Below, one piece after another: positions 25,543-35,846 of a stretch of DNA of 64,000 nt (positions within the stretch are counted from its first letter, which is position 1; every line of letters starts with the position of its first letter). The stretch is from positions 1 through 64,000 of the forward strand of contig CAZHTS010000003.1 in NCBI GenBank assembly GCA_964535315.1. Direction: 5' to 3'. This DNA comes from an uncultured Anaerolineaceae bacterium. Lineage in GTDB: Bacteria > Chloroflexota > Anaerolineae > Anaerolineales > Anaerolineaceae. The position numbers and the translations under genes are program-made. The notes under the pieces were generated by a model, which was not told the origin of the DNA, did no database searches, and was given only the letters and a program-made list of their open reading frames with translations.

Positions 25543-26748
25543 TCAGCCTTGAATCATGCGTTGATAAAATACCTGCATCTGCGCTCGCACCAGGTTGACC
25601 TCTGCACGTGCATGAATCTGCTTTAAATTATACTCCGCCGCAGCGCTTCGCAACTCAGTTTGCTCCAAAGCCAGCAATAATGCCTCGGCCAGCGCCTGCG
25701 CCTTGGTCGGCTCGACCAACAATCCGTTCACCCCCGGTGTGATCCACTCGCGCAGCGACTCGATGTCGCCGGCAATGGGGAAACAGCCACACGCCATTGC
25801 CTCGAGCAGCGAATTGGGCGTGCCGTCGTGCGAACTGAGCGAAACAGAAACGTCCGCCCGCATAAACAAATCCCACAGTTCGGCCTGGGGCAGATGCGGC
25901 AGCAAACGCACCTGTGAGCCAATCTTGAACCGGTTGACCCATCGCAACGCTTCCGCCTGCCCGGCCATTGCCGGGCACACAAAGAACACCTTGGGGCGGC
26001 GTTCCAGCACGAGCGGAATGGCCTGGAAAAAGATATCCGTATGCACGCTCCCCGGGCGAAAACCGCGCGGATTGATCACCAACGGCATACAGGGCCAGCA
26101 CTCCGACTGAGAATCGATGCGCTCGACGCGCGCCCGGTGCATGGCGGTCAGATCGATCCCACCGCCGCCCGGCACGACCAGCGTGGGCCGGTCTACGGCA
26201 AACCCCCACTGTTGACCCAGACGAATGTCGCGATGGGCGTCTGCCATCAAGCCGTTGGCGCGCTGCAACGTACGCCGCGTTAACACGCCCATCTCCTTTG
26301 ACCCGCTGGCATGCAGGGTCAAATCGTTGCCCCAAATCGAAACAACCAGCGGCACCCCGGCCGGAATGGCGGCGGCCAGCATCCCCTCAAATGGAATACG
26401 TAATGCATGTACCACATCCGGCCTGTCCGCTTCCACCAGCCGCCGCAACGCCCGGCCATAACCGCCCAACGAGAGCGGCCCCAATAGATAGCGCGCCGCC
26501 AGAAAGACAGAACGGAAACGGCGCACCACCCCACCGCGCAGCCCGCCAGACGCGGCAGTACCGCTGCCGCCCGCACCGCCAGAAAAGCCAGAAAAAGCAA
26601 CCGGCAAGACATGTTGCGCCTCCACCCCCGGCAAAGGGGCGCAGGGAAAAGTTGAGACGACCGTCACACGATGCTGCAAAGCCAACAGGCCCTGAATCCA
26701 CGAACGGGCCGTCGGGCTGCGGCCGTCAACCACCATCATGATGTGCAT
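25543..26748 (-). CDS. Glycosyltransferase family 4 (GT-B fold)
   Basis: C-terminal GT4 motif (PNSLLEAMACGCFPIAGDIESLREWI). The start probably lies at MHIMMVVD, overlapping the stop of the upstream GT gene. Confidence 0.75.
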   Translation of the reverse strand: MHIMMVVDGRSPTARSWIQGLLALQHRVTVVSTFPCAPLPGVEAQHVLPVAFSGFSGGAGGSGTAASGGLRGGVVRRFRSVFLAARYLLGPLSLGGYGRALRRLVEADRPDVVHALRIPFEGMLAAAIPAGVPLVVSIWGNDLTLHASGSKEMGVLTRRTLQRANGLMADAHRDIRLGQQWGFAVDRPTLVVPGGGGIDLTAMHRARVERIDSQSECWPCMPLVINPRGFRPGSVHTDIFFQAIPLVLERRPKVFFVCPAMAGQAEALRWVNRFKIGSQVRLLPHLPQAELWDLFMRADVSVSLSSHDGTPNSLLEAMACGCFPIAGDIESLREWITPGVNGLLVEPTKAQALAEALLLALEQTELRSAAAEYNLKQIHARAEVNLVRAQMQVFYQRMIQG

Positions 26749-27859
26749 CGTTACTCCTCCCGCGCCCATAGATCGCCTGGGCGGCAACCACAGCCTGCTC
26801 AAAAACTGTCACCATACGCTCGATATTGATCTCTTCGGCCACAATGCGGTACGAAACCTCCCCCATTTGACGCAAACGGGGTGCGTTTTGCAAGGCCTCC
26901 TGCAACGTGGCAATCAAATCATCCAGACTGCCCGGCGCAAGCTGCCAGCCGTTTTCGGGGCGTACCAGGTTGCTCTGGGTGCCGTCGGCTTCAGCCACCA
27001 CTACCGGCAGGCCAAAAGACATGGCCTGCTGCACCGCCAGCCCACCTGTCCCCGGCAAGACGAACAGATCCGCCCGGCGGAAGCAGGTTTCAAGTTCGGC
27101 GCCGTGCCGCGCCCCAGGGAATTCACAGCGCGGGTATATCTGGCGCGCCAGTTCCTCCAGACCGGGTCGGGCCGGGCCGTCTCCTACGACACACAAACGC
27201 GGCTGGCGCTCAACCGGCAAGGCAGCGCACGCTCGCAGTAATAGATCGACCCGTTTCCGTTCCTGTAAACGGCCGACAAACAGCAGCGACGGCCCCTGCG
27301 GATCAAAATCGGCGCCGCGCTCTGGCAGCGGGTGCGCCGGCCGCGGCGTCACCGCATTCGGCGCCACAAAGATACGCTGCGCCTCAAAACCGGCCGCCTG
27401 ATATTCCTGCGCCCCCTGCTGGCTGTAAGTCAACAACACATCAAACTGTCCTAAAAACTTCCGGCGCACACCCGCCAGGACGCCCCCGCGCGCCGGCGCC
27501 CCCAACCCCCAGCCCACCACCGGGCGTCGGCGACCGTGCATCCACCGCACCGCTTGCGGCGTACTGAGATAACGCGGGTTGGCTTCTACAATCAACACGT
27601 CCGGCTGCCAGCGCTCTAGCCACGCCACCAGCCCGGACTGCCAGCACACATACCCTCGCCCAGACAACCAGTGATGATTACCGGCCAACGTCCATTGCGC
27701 CCGGCTCAGGTGAGCCTGTTCGCCCAGGGCCTCTTCTGGCCGCGGCGCCCCGGCAAACACCCCCAGGCCACCCTGGCAGGCCTGCGCCAGGGCGTCAAAA
27801 AAAGCCGCCCGGTAAGCCGGCAAGACGCGTTGTTGCAAACCCAGCCGCGTCGCAATCAT
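26726..27859 (-). CDS. Glycosyltransferase family 4 (GT-B fold)
   Basis: ...VLPGTGGLAVQQAMSFGLPVVVAEADG... EX7E-like region. The ATG overlaps the sbcC stop by 4 nt (ATGA). Confidence 0.75.
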   Translation of the reverse strand: MIATRLGLQQRVLPAYRAAFFDALAQACQGGLGVFAGAPRPEEALGEQAHLSRAQWTLAGNHHWLSGRGYVCWQSGLVAWLERWQPDVLIVEANPRYLSTPQAVRWMHGRRRPVVGWGLGAPARGGVLAGVRRKFLGQFDVLLTYSQQGAQEYQAAGFEAQRIFVAPNAVTPRPAHPLPERGADFDPQGPSLLFVGRLQERKRVDLLLRACAALPVERQPRLCVVGDGPARPGLEELARQIYPRCEFPGARHGAELETCFRRADLFVLPGTGGLAVQQAMSFGLPVVVAEADGTQSNLVRPENGWQLAPGSLDDLIATLQEALQNAPRLRQMGEVSYRIVAEEINIERMVTVFEQAVVAAQAIYGRGRSNDAHHDGG

Positions 27860-30417
27860 GCCACCACCCGCAACCGCGAACCGCGCAACGTCTTTTCCAC
27901 TTCAATCCGCGCCGGGAAAGCCTCTTTCAGTTCCTCCAGGTGGGTGATCACCAGAATTTTGGCAAAATCGCCTTTGACCAGGTTAATCGCCTCCACCAGA
28001 CGCTGGCGTCCTTCGGCGTCCTGGCTGCCAAAGCCTTCGTCGATCACCAATGTTTGCAGCCTGGCTCCCGCCCGCTGCGCCAAAACGCGCGACAACGCCA
28101 GGCGGATGGCAAAATTGACGCGAAACGCTTCGCCGCCCGAAAACAGCTCGTACTCACGCCAGCCGGCCGAGTCGCTGATAAGGATATCCAGCGTCTCTTT
28201 TTTATCCTCACGGTTCTTATCTTTGAAATCACGCTGCGTGGCGAACCGTACCGACATGCTGCCGCCGCTGAGACGATCCAACAAATCGTTGGTCTGCAAC
28301 TCGACCTCGGGCAACGCCTGCTCGATCAACAGGGCCGGCACACCGTCTTTACCAAATGCGCGCTCCAGCATCTTCAGCCGGGCCACCTGCCGGTTCAAGG
28401 CGTCTCGCCGCGCCGTCAAGTCCACGCTGCGCTGGCGCAGCGTTTTGAGCACTTCCACCCCCTGGCGCGCCCCGCCCACCTGCATCCGCACCCGGTTCTC
28501 TTGCTCCTGCACGGCGTACAATTCACGTTCGGCCTGCTGCACGTCCGGCAGACTGGCAGCATCCTGCTGATATTTTTGTTCGGCCTGACGCAGAACCGCT
28601 TCATCTTCTATCCGGCGCGTCTCCTCGCTGGCCTGCTGTTCGCCCAACTGGGCGATCTCGCGCTCGAGCGGCCCCAGCGCCGCCCGCGCCGCTTCAATCT
28701 GGCGCAGCGCCTCCTCGCTGGATCGGCCTTCCATCTCCGCCCGGCGGATGGCGTCGTGTTGGGCGGCGTCATAGCCTAACTCCCGCAGGGCCGCATCGAT
28801 ACGCGCCAGTTCGGCCCGCTCATCGGCTGCATATTGCCCGCCGGCCAGGGTATCAGCCAGTTGGCGCATGCGCCGCTCCCCCTCCGCCTGCCAGCCGGCA
28901 ATCGCGGTTTGCCATTGCCCGCCCTGATGCTCTAACTGATCGACGCGGCGCTGATATTCACGCACCTCATTCTCGAACTGGCGCAAATCAGATAACGCTC
29001 TGGCAAGCTCCTGGCGATCACTCTCGGTTTGCTGGCCAAGCGCCTGGTTCTGGCGATAGCGATCGCCCAATTCTTTCCCCTGAGCCTCCAGGTTGGCAAT
29101 CAAGACTTGACGCTCGTCAGGCGCCAACGGCTGACCGCACAACGGGCACACCACCCCGCTGGCCTCACGCAAGCGATCAATGCGTTCCTTGAGTTCGAGC
29201 ATGTCCTCGCGCAAGTGTTTGTTTTCAGCCGCCGCCTCCGATTGCGCCGCCATCAGGCTGCGCTCGCGCTCTTCCAACGCCGCGCGTTGTTCCAGACGCG
29301 CCTGCGCCTCCAACAGCCGGGCGCGCCCTTCCGCCAACTGCCCGTCCAACTCAGGTAGCCGCTCGCCAATCAAGATCTGTATCTGGCGTTCTTGCTCGCG
29401 CAGCGCGCCCAATTCGCTCTCCAGGCGCGCCCGCCCGGCCTCAATCGCCATTAGCGGCCCGGAGCGTTGGTTCTCGTACTGGCGGAAATTGGCCGACACC
29501 GCCTCCCAGCGTTCCAGTTCCTGACGGGCGCTCTGCCAGGCCTGGTAGGCCATGCGCGTCTGCGCCTCGCCTGCCAGTTGACGGCGGTATGCAGCGCACT
29601 CTTCCTGCCGCGCTGCGATCTGCGCCATACGCTGCTGGTGCCGCTGGCGGGTAGTCTCAACCTGGCTGCGTAATACCTCTACCAGGCGGCGCTGCTCGGC
29701 AAGCGTAGCCGCCAGACGGCGCAGGTTATCCAACGTAGCCTCCTGCGCCTGGCGGGCGGTGCTCAATTGCGCCAGCGCCTCTTCCAACTGTTGCAGACGA
29801 GCGCGCCGTTCTTCTTCCTGGCGCAATTCGCCATAAATCTCTTCCAGCGAGCCATCCAGCGTCGTGACTTCGTTCTCAATACGTTTCCGCCGCTCCGCAG
29901 TCGTATCCCGGTAGGCCTCCCACACCTCCAGCCCCAGGATGCTGGACAGGATGCGTTTGCGGTCGCCGGGGCGTTGTTGGGCAAACTGATCGGCCTTCCC
30001 CTGCAGAAAAAAGGAAGCGTTGATAAACGTTTCGTAGTCCATGCGCAGCGTGCTTTGAATACGGGCGTCCGTCTCGCGCACCGATTTCTCGGTCAGCGCC
30101 CGCCAGCCGTCCGGCGTTTCAACCGAAAACTCGAGCAGCGTGGACTTATCACGCGGCTTGCTGCGCTGGATACGATAGCGATTGCCCTCATAGCCAAATT
30201 CAAACATCACTTCGGCGGCGTTGCTATGACTGTGGATCAGGGCGTCATCTCTGCGCCGTGCCTGACCAAACAATCCCCAGGTAATGGCGTCCAGCAGCGA
30301 AGATTTTCCGGCGCCGTTTGCACCGGAAATACACGCCAGATCAAACAAGGAAAAATCCAGTTCGACCGGATCAAAATAAGAAAGGAAACCGGAAACCCGC
30401 AGAGAATAAGGGATCAT
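27856..30417 (-). CDS. sbcC: SbcC-like DNA double-strand-break repair ATPase (SMC family) with a zinc hook
   Basis: Walker A (CISGANGAGKSSLLDAITWGLFG). Long coiled coils with a central CPLCGQPL zinc hook. Signature/Walker B/D-loop at the C-terminus (LSGGEAFRVNFAIRLAL...LQTLVIDEGFGSQD). Confidence 0.85.
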   Translation of the reverse strand: MIPYSLRVSGFLSYFDPVELDFSLFDLACISGANGAGKSSLLDAITWGLFGQARRRDDALIHSHSNAAEVMFEFGYEGNRYRIQRSKPRDKSTLLEFSVETPDGWRALTEKSVRETDARIQSTLRMDYETFINASFFLQGKADQFAQQRPGDRKRILSSILGLEVWEAYRDTTAERRKRIENEVTTLDGSLEEIYGELRQEEERRARLQQLEEALAQLSTARQAQEATLDNLRRLAATLAEQRRLVEVLRSQVETTRQRHQQRMAQIAARQEECAAYRRQLAGEAQTRMAYQAWQSARQELERWEAVSANFRQYENQRSGPLMAIEAGRARLESELGALREQERQIQILIGERLPELDGQLAEGRARLLEAQARLEQRAALEERERSLMAAQSEAAAENKHLREDMLELKERIDRLREASGVVCPLCGQPLAPDERQVLIANLEAQGKELGDRYRQNQALGQQTESDRQELARALSDLRQFENEVREYQRRVDQLEHQGGQWQTAIAGWQAEGERRMRQLADTLAGGQYAADERAELARIDAALRELGYDAAQHDAIRRAEMEGRSSEEALRQIEAARAALGPLEREIAQLGEQQASEETRRIEDEAVLRQAEQKYQQDAASLPDVQQAERELYAVQEQENRVRMQVGGARQGVEVLKTLRQRSVDLTARRDALNRQVARLKMLERAFGKDGVPALLIEQALPEVELQTNDLLDRLSGGSMSVRFATQRDFKDKNREDKKETLDILISDSAGWREYELFSGGEAFRVNFAIRLALSRVLAQRAGARLQTLVIDEGFGSQDAEGRQRLVEAINLVKGDFAKILVITHLEELKEAFPARIEVEKTLRGSRLRVVA

Positions 30418-31739
30418 ACGCCTTTCACTTCCTGGTCATCCACCGGCGCAACCAGCACTTTATCGACGCGCCGCCCATCCATATCCAACACCTCAAAACG
30501 CAGCCCGGCGCAAAGGAAATGCTGCCCAGGCTGTGGGATCGAACCCAACTGGCTCATCACAAAACCACCCAACGTCTGATAGCCGGCGCGCTCTTCGTCA
30601 GGTAACTGCTTGAGCTCAAACAACACCTTGAATTCATCGATCTGCAACAGACCATCCAGCAGCCAGGAACCGTCTTCGCGGCGGACGATTTGCGCTTTGC
30701 CGTTTTCACCGGGCACGTTGAACGCCCCAACAATCGCCTTGAGGATATCGTACGACGTCACCATCCCCAACACGCCGCCGAACTCATCGATCACCAGCGC
30801 CACGTGCCCGGATACCGACTTGATCTGTTCTAACGCGCGCAGAGCAGGTGTACCCGCCGGAATAAACAACGGCGGGCGTAACAGCGCCGTCACGTTGACC
30901 TGTTCTTCACACCGGTCGCGCACCAGTAAATCGCGCGCCAGCAGAATACCCTGAACGTTATCCAGGCTGCCGCGCCCTACCGGGTAACGGGTGTGGTCGC
31001 TTTCCAGGACGGTTTGCAACAGACGCTGATACGGCTCATCCAGATCCAACCACACCAGTTCAGTATGCGGCGTCATCAAGGCATCCACGCTCCGCTCCCC
31101 CAGGCGAAAAACGCCCTCAACCATGTCTTGCTCAGCCGCCTCAAACACCCCAACTTTTGTCCCCTGCTCGATGAGCACACGCACCTCTTCTTCGGTCACC
31201 GCCGGCTCATCCGTTTCGGCCACCCCCATCAAACGTAGCCCCAGGTTGGTCGACCCGCTCAACAGGCGCACCACAGGCAACATCGCCCGTGATAGCAAGT
31301 ACATAGGCCGGGCGACGCGCACCGCCACCCCTTCCGGATTGTTCAGCCCCAGTCGTTTAGGGATCAACTCGCCGACCACCAGCGAAAGGTAAGTGATCAA
31401 CGTCACCACCAGGACCAGCGCTAACGCCTCGCTATAAGGCGCCAGCCAGGGCAGCCGCCCCAACCATTCCCCCAACGCCTCGGCCAGTGTACCGCCGCCA
31501 ACTGCCCCGGCCAGGATACCCACCAGCGTGATTCCCACCTGAACGGTCGAGAGAAAGTGGGTCGGATCCTCAGCCAGATGCAGGGCCACCCGCGCCCGCT
31601 CGTCCCCTTCCTCGGCGCTTGCCTGCAAGCGCGCCTGCCGCGCCGAAACCACGGCGATCTCAGCCAGTGCAAACAGGCCGTTGACAAAAATCAACGCCAG
31701 CACCAACAGGATCTCGCCTACAGCCGCATCCATGTTCAC
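30414..31739 (-). CDS. CNNM/CorC-family membrane protein (DUF21-CBS pair-CorC_HlyC transporter-associated domain)
   Basis: N-terminal DUF21 TM region (ILLVLALIFVNGLFALAEIAVVSARQARL), CBS pair and a CorC C-terminal domain. 4-nt overlaps with both flanking genes. Confidence 0.85.
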   Translation of the reverse strand: MNMDAAVGEILLVLALIFVNGLFALAEIAVVSARQARLQASAEEGDERARVALHLAEDPTHFLSTVQVGITLVGILAGAVGGGTLAEALGEWLGRLPWLAPYSEALALVLVVTLITYLSLVVGELIPKRLGLNNPEGVAVRVARPMYLLSRAMLPVVRLLSGSTNLGLRLMGVAETDEPAVTEEEVRVLIEQGTKVGVFEAAEQDMVEGVFRLGERSVDALMTPHTELVWLDLDEPYQRLLQTVLESDHTRYPVGRGSLDNVQGILLARDLLVRDRCEEQVNVTALLRPPLFIPAGTPALRALEQIKSVSGHVALVIDEFGGVLGMVTSYDILKAIVGAFNVPGENGKAQIVRREDGSWLLDGLLQIDEFKVLFELKQLPDEERAGYQTLGGFVMSQLGSIPQPGQHFLCAGLRFEVLDMDGRRVDKVLVAPVDDQEVKGV

Positions 31740-32974
31740 TCCTCCGGATTACCTATCTGCACCGCAAGGATTTCGGCCGCCAGCGCTTGCAACGCCGCAA
31801 CCTCATCCCCATCTGTTTTCAACGTCTTCCAGTATAGATCCAACAAATCCATCACCGTCAGGCTGCTGATGGTCTGGTCGCTGGGCAGGCGAATGCGGCC
31901 CTCCATCATCGGCCGGCGTACCAGGTGAAATTCAAAAGCCGGCTCCAGGTAACGACGAAGCGCAGCCTCATCAAACAGGTTCTCCCAGCCACGGGGGTAC
32001 TCCACCACCAGGCGCACGATGGCGTCCTGCAACGCCTCACGCTCCGGTAAAACCGCCAGCATCTGGCCGAGAATATCTTCTGAACGGCTCAGGGTCAGGC
32101 TGCGATCCACAAAACGGCGGCCCTGCAAACGGCGCCATTCCACCGCACACGCGCCGCGCTCCACCCGGGCCACGACGAAGAATTTATCATCCCCGGCTTC
32201 GCCAAAATCGACCCGCTCAATCGAGCCAGGATAAATGACCGGCGGATGGGCGTCCTTGTTCAAATTTTGCGCCTTGTGAATGTGCCCCAAAGCCACATAA
32301 TCCAGGCGCGGGTCACGCACCAACGCCCCCGGCAGCACCAGATCGCCGCCTAACATAACGCTGCGTTCGCCGCCATACACCGCCCCCTGCACCGAACCAT
32401 GCGCAGTCAGGATCACCGGCAGGGTGGGGTCGATCTGCTGTAACCAGCCCTGCACCAGCGCCTCGAGGCGCACCCCCAGTTCCTCGTACACCCGCTCGGG
32501 CTCGGCCCCGCTTAACGATAATGATGCCATCAGGCCAGAACGCGAAACCCACGGCAGCGCCAGCACCTGGGCCGGTAAGCCGTCCAGATCATCCGGTCGC
32601 AGCAACGAAGGCTTGCCCACCACATGCACATAGGGTACCGCCAGGGTGTCAAACTCCTGTAAAGCGTGCGCCCGCCCCGCCGAAGGCGAGAGGTCGTGGT
32701 TACCCACCAGCAACAGGGTGCGAATACCCGCCTGTGACAGGCGCGCAACCCGCCGCCCCCATTCGCGCTGAAAGGTGGGCACCGGCGTGCGGTCTTTGTA
32801 AGCGTCGCCCGCAAAAATCACCAGGTCCACCCGTTCCTGGATGGCCGTATCCACAATCGTATCCAGGGCCTTGAGAAAGTCCAACACCCTGACCGGCAAT
32901 CCGCTGGCGGCATCGTGGCGGCCATGGCTGGCAATATCGATATGAGCATCGGCAAAATGCAGCAAAGTGAGCAT
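31736..32974 (-). CDS. sbcD: SbcD/Mre11-like nuclease (calcineurin-like phosphoesterase)
   Basis: Metallophosphoesterase motifs (MLTLLHFADAHID; DLVIFAGDAYKD; LLLVGNHD; GHIH). Confidence 0.85.
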   Translation of the reverse strand: MLTLLHFADAHIDIASHGRHDAASGLPVRVLDFLKALDTIVDTAIQERVDLVIFAGDAYKDRTPVPTFQREWGRRVARLSQAGIRTLLLVGNHDLSPSAGRAHALQEFDTLAVPYVHVVGKPSLLRPDDLDGLPAQVLALPWVSRSGLMASLSLSGAEPERVYEELGVRLEALVQGWLQQIDPTLPVILTAHGSVQGAVYGGERSVMLGGDLVLPGALVRDPRLDYVALGHIHKAQNLNKDAHPPVIYPGSIERVDFGEAGDDKFFVVARVERGACAVEWRRLQGRRFVDRSLTLSRSEDILGQMLAVLPEREALQDAIVRLVVEYPRGWENLFDEAALRRYLEPAFEFHLVRRPMMEGRIRLPSDQTISSLTVMDLLDLYWKTLKTDGDEVAALQALAAEILAVQIGNPEE

Positions 32975-33053
32975 ATGGATCTGATCTCGAATGGGGTCTA
33001 AAAACTATTCTGGCGGCCCGGATTGCACCGCCAGAATAGACGTACACAAACCA

Positions 33054-34370
33054 TCAGGGCGTCGTCACGCCCAGGTTTTTGAGTTCATCCATCGCTGGCG
33101 AAAAGTTAGGGTGATACTCAATACTCTTCTTGAGATCGGCAACGGCCCCATCCTGGTCCCCAATCATCAACTTGGCCTTTGCCCGCCAGTAATAACTCTC
33201 TTCCAGATAAGGTTTGCCCGAACGCTCCACCGGCGTCAGAGTGGCATCCGCCAGATTGATGACATCCTGATAACGCCCGGCGTAATAATAGGCAAAGTAA
33301 GGCCCGGTCTGATACCAGACCAGACGATACGGGCGTTTTTCCTCAGGCAGTTCGGCGATCAGGCGAAATGCCTCGTCGTACGCCTCAGCCGCTCCGGCGT
33401 AATCCTGCAAGCGCACCAGGCTGGAACCGCGGTTAAACCAGGCAAACACCTGGTCTGGCCCGGTGAGGCTATAAATTTCCTGGGTGGAACGCTGGTATGC
33501 CTTCTGATCTGACGTGACCTCATCGCCATAATCGCCCAACACCGCAAACAGGCGCTTTTGTTGATCGGCCGGGTAGACCACCAAAAAGCCGAAATTAAAG
33601 GCGCGCCATTCCTGTTCGATCAAGGTGTAATCGAAACGTATGTTGGCGCCGGGTGCCAGGTAAGAATCCTGGATGATAAACTGCTGGGCCGCATCGTCAT
33701 AACCTGTGACCAGGTTGTAATGCCCCATCCAGCTATACTTACCGGTCAGCGTATCCCGCAATCCATACGTGCCCTTTTCGATGATCACCGGAAAACCAGC
33801 TGCCAGCAGCTCCTTGAGCAGATCCAGCGTGCCGCCAGAACGCCACACCGCCCCCATCCCGCTCTGTTGTTGGGCAAAAGTTGCCATCTCATACAACATT
33901 ACGTTCTTATCCTGCTCGAAAGGCTTCAAGCCTGTGGCGGCTTCTTCACGTTTTCCCGGCCACTGCCAGTACTGCAAGGCCATCGTCAACGTGGCTGGCG
34001 AGCACATATTCCAGCCGAAATGCTGATCGACGTAAGGAACTCCTTGCAACTCGATCATTGCAGGCAAAGGGGTGGGAGTCTGGGTGGGGATAATCGTAAT
34101 AACCGGCGCAGTGGGGGTTACGGTTATCTCCGGTGTGGGCGTCAGCGTAAGCGCCATCATGGTAGCCTGCACCAATGTTTCTACCTGTTTTTGCGGTACA
34201 AATACCTCGCGTTCAGGTGGAAAAAATGTATAAGCAAGCCGCGTGCGCCAGTCTTCCAATCGCCGGTTGACACGTTCTCTCACCGGCGGCAAAGCATACA
34301 AAACCGCCAGCAAGACCACAATCGGCAAGATGACGATAAGTGGGTTGGTTTTATTTTCGCGCATGCGCAA
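33054..34370 (-). CDS. Membrane-anchored peptidase C39-like (papain-fold) domain protein with C-terminal TPR repeats
   Basis: N-terminal TM helix, Thr/Pro linker (TLTPTPEITVTPTAPVITIIPTQTPTP), Cys region (QHFGWNMCSPATLTMALQYW) and His region (WMGHYNLVTGYD) consistent with a C39_2-like cysteine peptidase; TPR-like helices at the C-terminus. Confidence 0.55.
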   Translation of the reverse strand: MRMRENKTNPLIVILPIVVLLAVLYALPPVRERVNRRLEDWRTRLAYTFFPPEREVFVPQKQVETLVQATMMALTLTPTPEITVTPTAPVITIIPTQTPTPLPAMIELQGVPYVDQHFGWNMCSPATLTMALQYWQWPGKREEAATGLKPFEQDKNVMLYEMATFAQQQSGMGAVWRSGGTLDLLKELLAAGFPVIIEKGTYGLRDTLTGKYSWMGHYNLVTGYDDAAQQFIIQDSYLAPGANIRFDYTLIEQEWRAFNFGFLVVYPADQQKRLFAVLGDYGDEVTSDQKAYQRSTQEIYSLTGPDQVFAWFNRGSSLVRLQDYAGAAEAYDEAFRLIAELPEEKRPYRLVWYQTGPYFAYYYAGRYQDVINLADATLTPVERSGKPYLEESYYWRAKAKLMIGDQDGAVADLKKSIEYHPNFSPAMDELKNLGVTTP

Positions 34371-34376
34371 ATTATA

Positions 34377-35846
34377 TCATTTCTCTTGTTGCGCTTGCAG
34401 AACAGGCAAGATCAGTTCCATCACCACACCGGGCCGGTCACTGCGGTTCATCATGCGATATTTGCCCCCCACACTCCAAACCAACGAAGCAATCAATGGC
34501 AGGCCCAACCCCATGCCCGGCGTCTCGCCGGTAAAATCTTTCCCCCCCTGAAAATAGGGGAACCATACCCTGGAAAGATTTTGCGGCGGCAAATTGACGC
34601 CATCGTCGCGCACCCGCAGCCGGATCCTGTCAGTGTCTATCTGAGAGATAAACATCTCCACCTGTGGATTAAGATCCGGGTGGAATTTCTGCGAATTCTC
34701 CAAAACCTGCCACAACACCAGTTCCATTGCCCGCTGCGAAATGCTCAAACGTATCTGGCTCATCTCATCCGGCAGAAGCAAATTAACTGCTTTCATTCCA
34801 AGCTCGCCGGTAACCTGGGCAACCATGCCGGCCAGCTCAGACAATACCATCGGCGTATTGGCCGGGTTGAGCCGGGACACATTTAAGAAGCGCAAAATCT
34901 CGTCGATCTCACCCCGCAAAAGTTGAGCGTTTTGTAACAGCGCCCGAGACCATTCGGTCACATGCTCCATGCTCAGCTTGTCCGCCTTCGAGGTCAACAA
35001 TTCCATACCCAGAATCATGTTCGAGAGCGGTGTGCGCAGCTTGTGGGCAATGATGGCGTGAAAAGACCAGACCTCGCGCTGCAATTCAAGCTGTTCGCTG
35101 ATGTCGCTGATGCGCACCAACAAACCGGTATCTTTGCTCCAACTCACGTTGAGCAGTTCCACATTCATCCACACATCGTGGCTGGTATCATCCTCAGGGT
35201 GGATCATGTACAACACTTCGTTGCTGCGCAATGTCTCCAACCAGTTATCCCACTTGTCTTCCGGCTCGCAGCGATAGACTTTTTGCGCCCACTGCTGGAA
35301 CGTCCCCGAAACAGGCTGGGTCTCGTCGGTAGGCATGTGTAACATGATACGCGCTTTCGGGTTGGCGTATAATACGTGGCCGTTATCTTTGAGGATCAAA
35401 TAACCATCGTTGGATTGTTCCATCACCCAGGCAAAACGGATACGCTCCAGCAACAGGCGGCGGTAACGATTCAGGCGGGTAATGGAGCCCACCCGCGCCC
35501 GCAGTTCCACCCGGTCAAACGGCTTGGTGATAAAATCATCCGCCCCGGCCTCAATGACCTTTAACCGCATGTCACGGTCTTTAAAACCGGTCACCATCAA
35601 CACCGGCACTTCTGCCAGCAACGGATCAGAGCGCATCTTCTGACATACTTCAATACCATCCATCGGATACATGCCCAAATCCAGCAGGACCACGTCTGGG
35701 GTAACTTCGGCTGCCTTCTGCAGCCCCTCGGGGCCATTCTCGGCAAATACCAGATGATAGTCCTGCAACATCAACGCACTGGCAATCGCCTCGCGATCTC
35801 CCAGATCGTCATCGATAATCAAAATGGTAGGGCTTTCATCCATCAC
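34377..35846 (-). CDS. Hybrid response-regulator/histidine kinase (REC-PAS-HisKA-HATPase)
   Basis: REC domain (ILIIDDDLGDREAIA...DVVLLDLGMYPMDG), H-box (AHKLRTPLSNM), and N/G-boxes at the C-terminus. Start overlaps the stop of the upstream giant kinase gene by 11 nt. Confidence 0.8.
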   Translation of the reverse strand: MMDESPTILIIDDDLGDREAIASALMLQDYHLVFAENGPEGLQKAAEVTPDVVLLDLGMYPMDGIEVCQKMRSDPLLAEVPVLMVTGFKDRDMRLKVIEAGADDFITKPFDRVELRARVGSITRLNRYRRLLLERIRFAWVMEQSNDGYLILKDNGHVLYANPKARIMLHMPTDETQPVSGTFQQWAQKVYRCEPEDKWDNWLETLRSNEVLYMIHPEDDTSHDVWMNVELLNVSWSKDTGLLVRISDISEQLELQREVWSFHAIIAHKLRTPLSNMILGMELLTSKADKLSMEHVTEWSRALLQNAQLLRGEIDEILRFLNVSRLNPANTPMVLSELAGMVAQVTGELGMKAVNLLLPDEMSQIRLSISQRAMELVLWQVLENSQKFHPDLNPQVEMFISQIDTDRIRLRVRDDGVNLPPQNLSRVWFPYFQGGKDFTGETPGMGLGLPLIASLVWSVGGKYRMMNRSDRPGVVMELILPVLQAQQEK

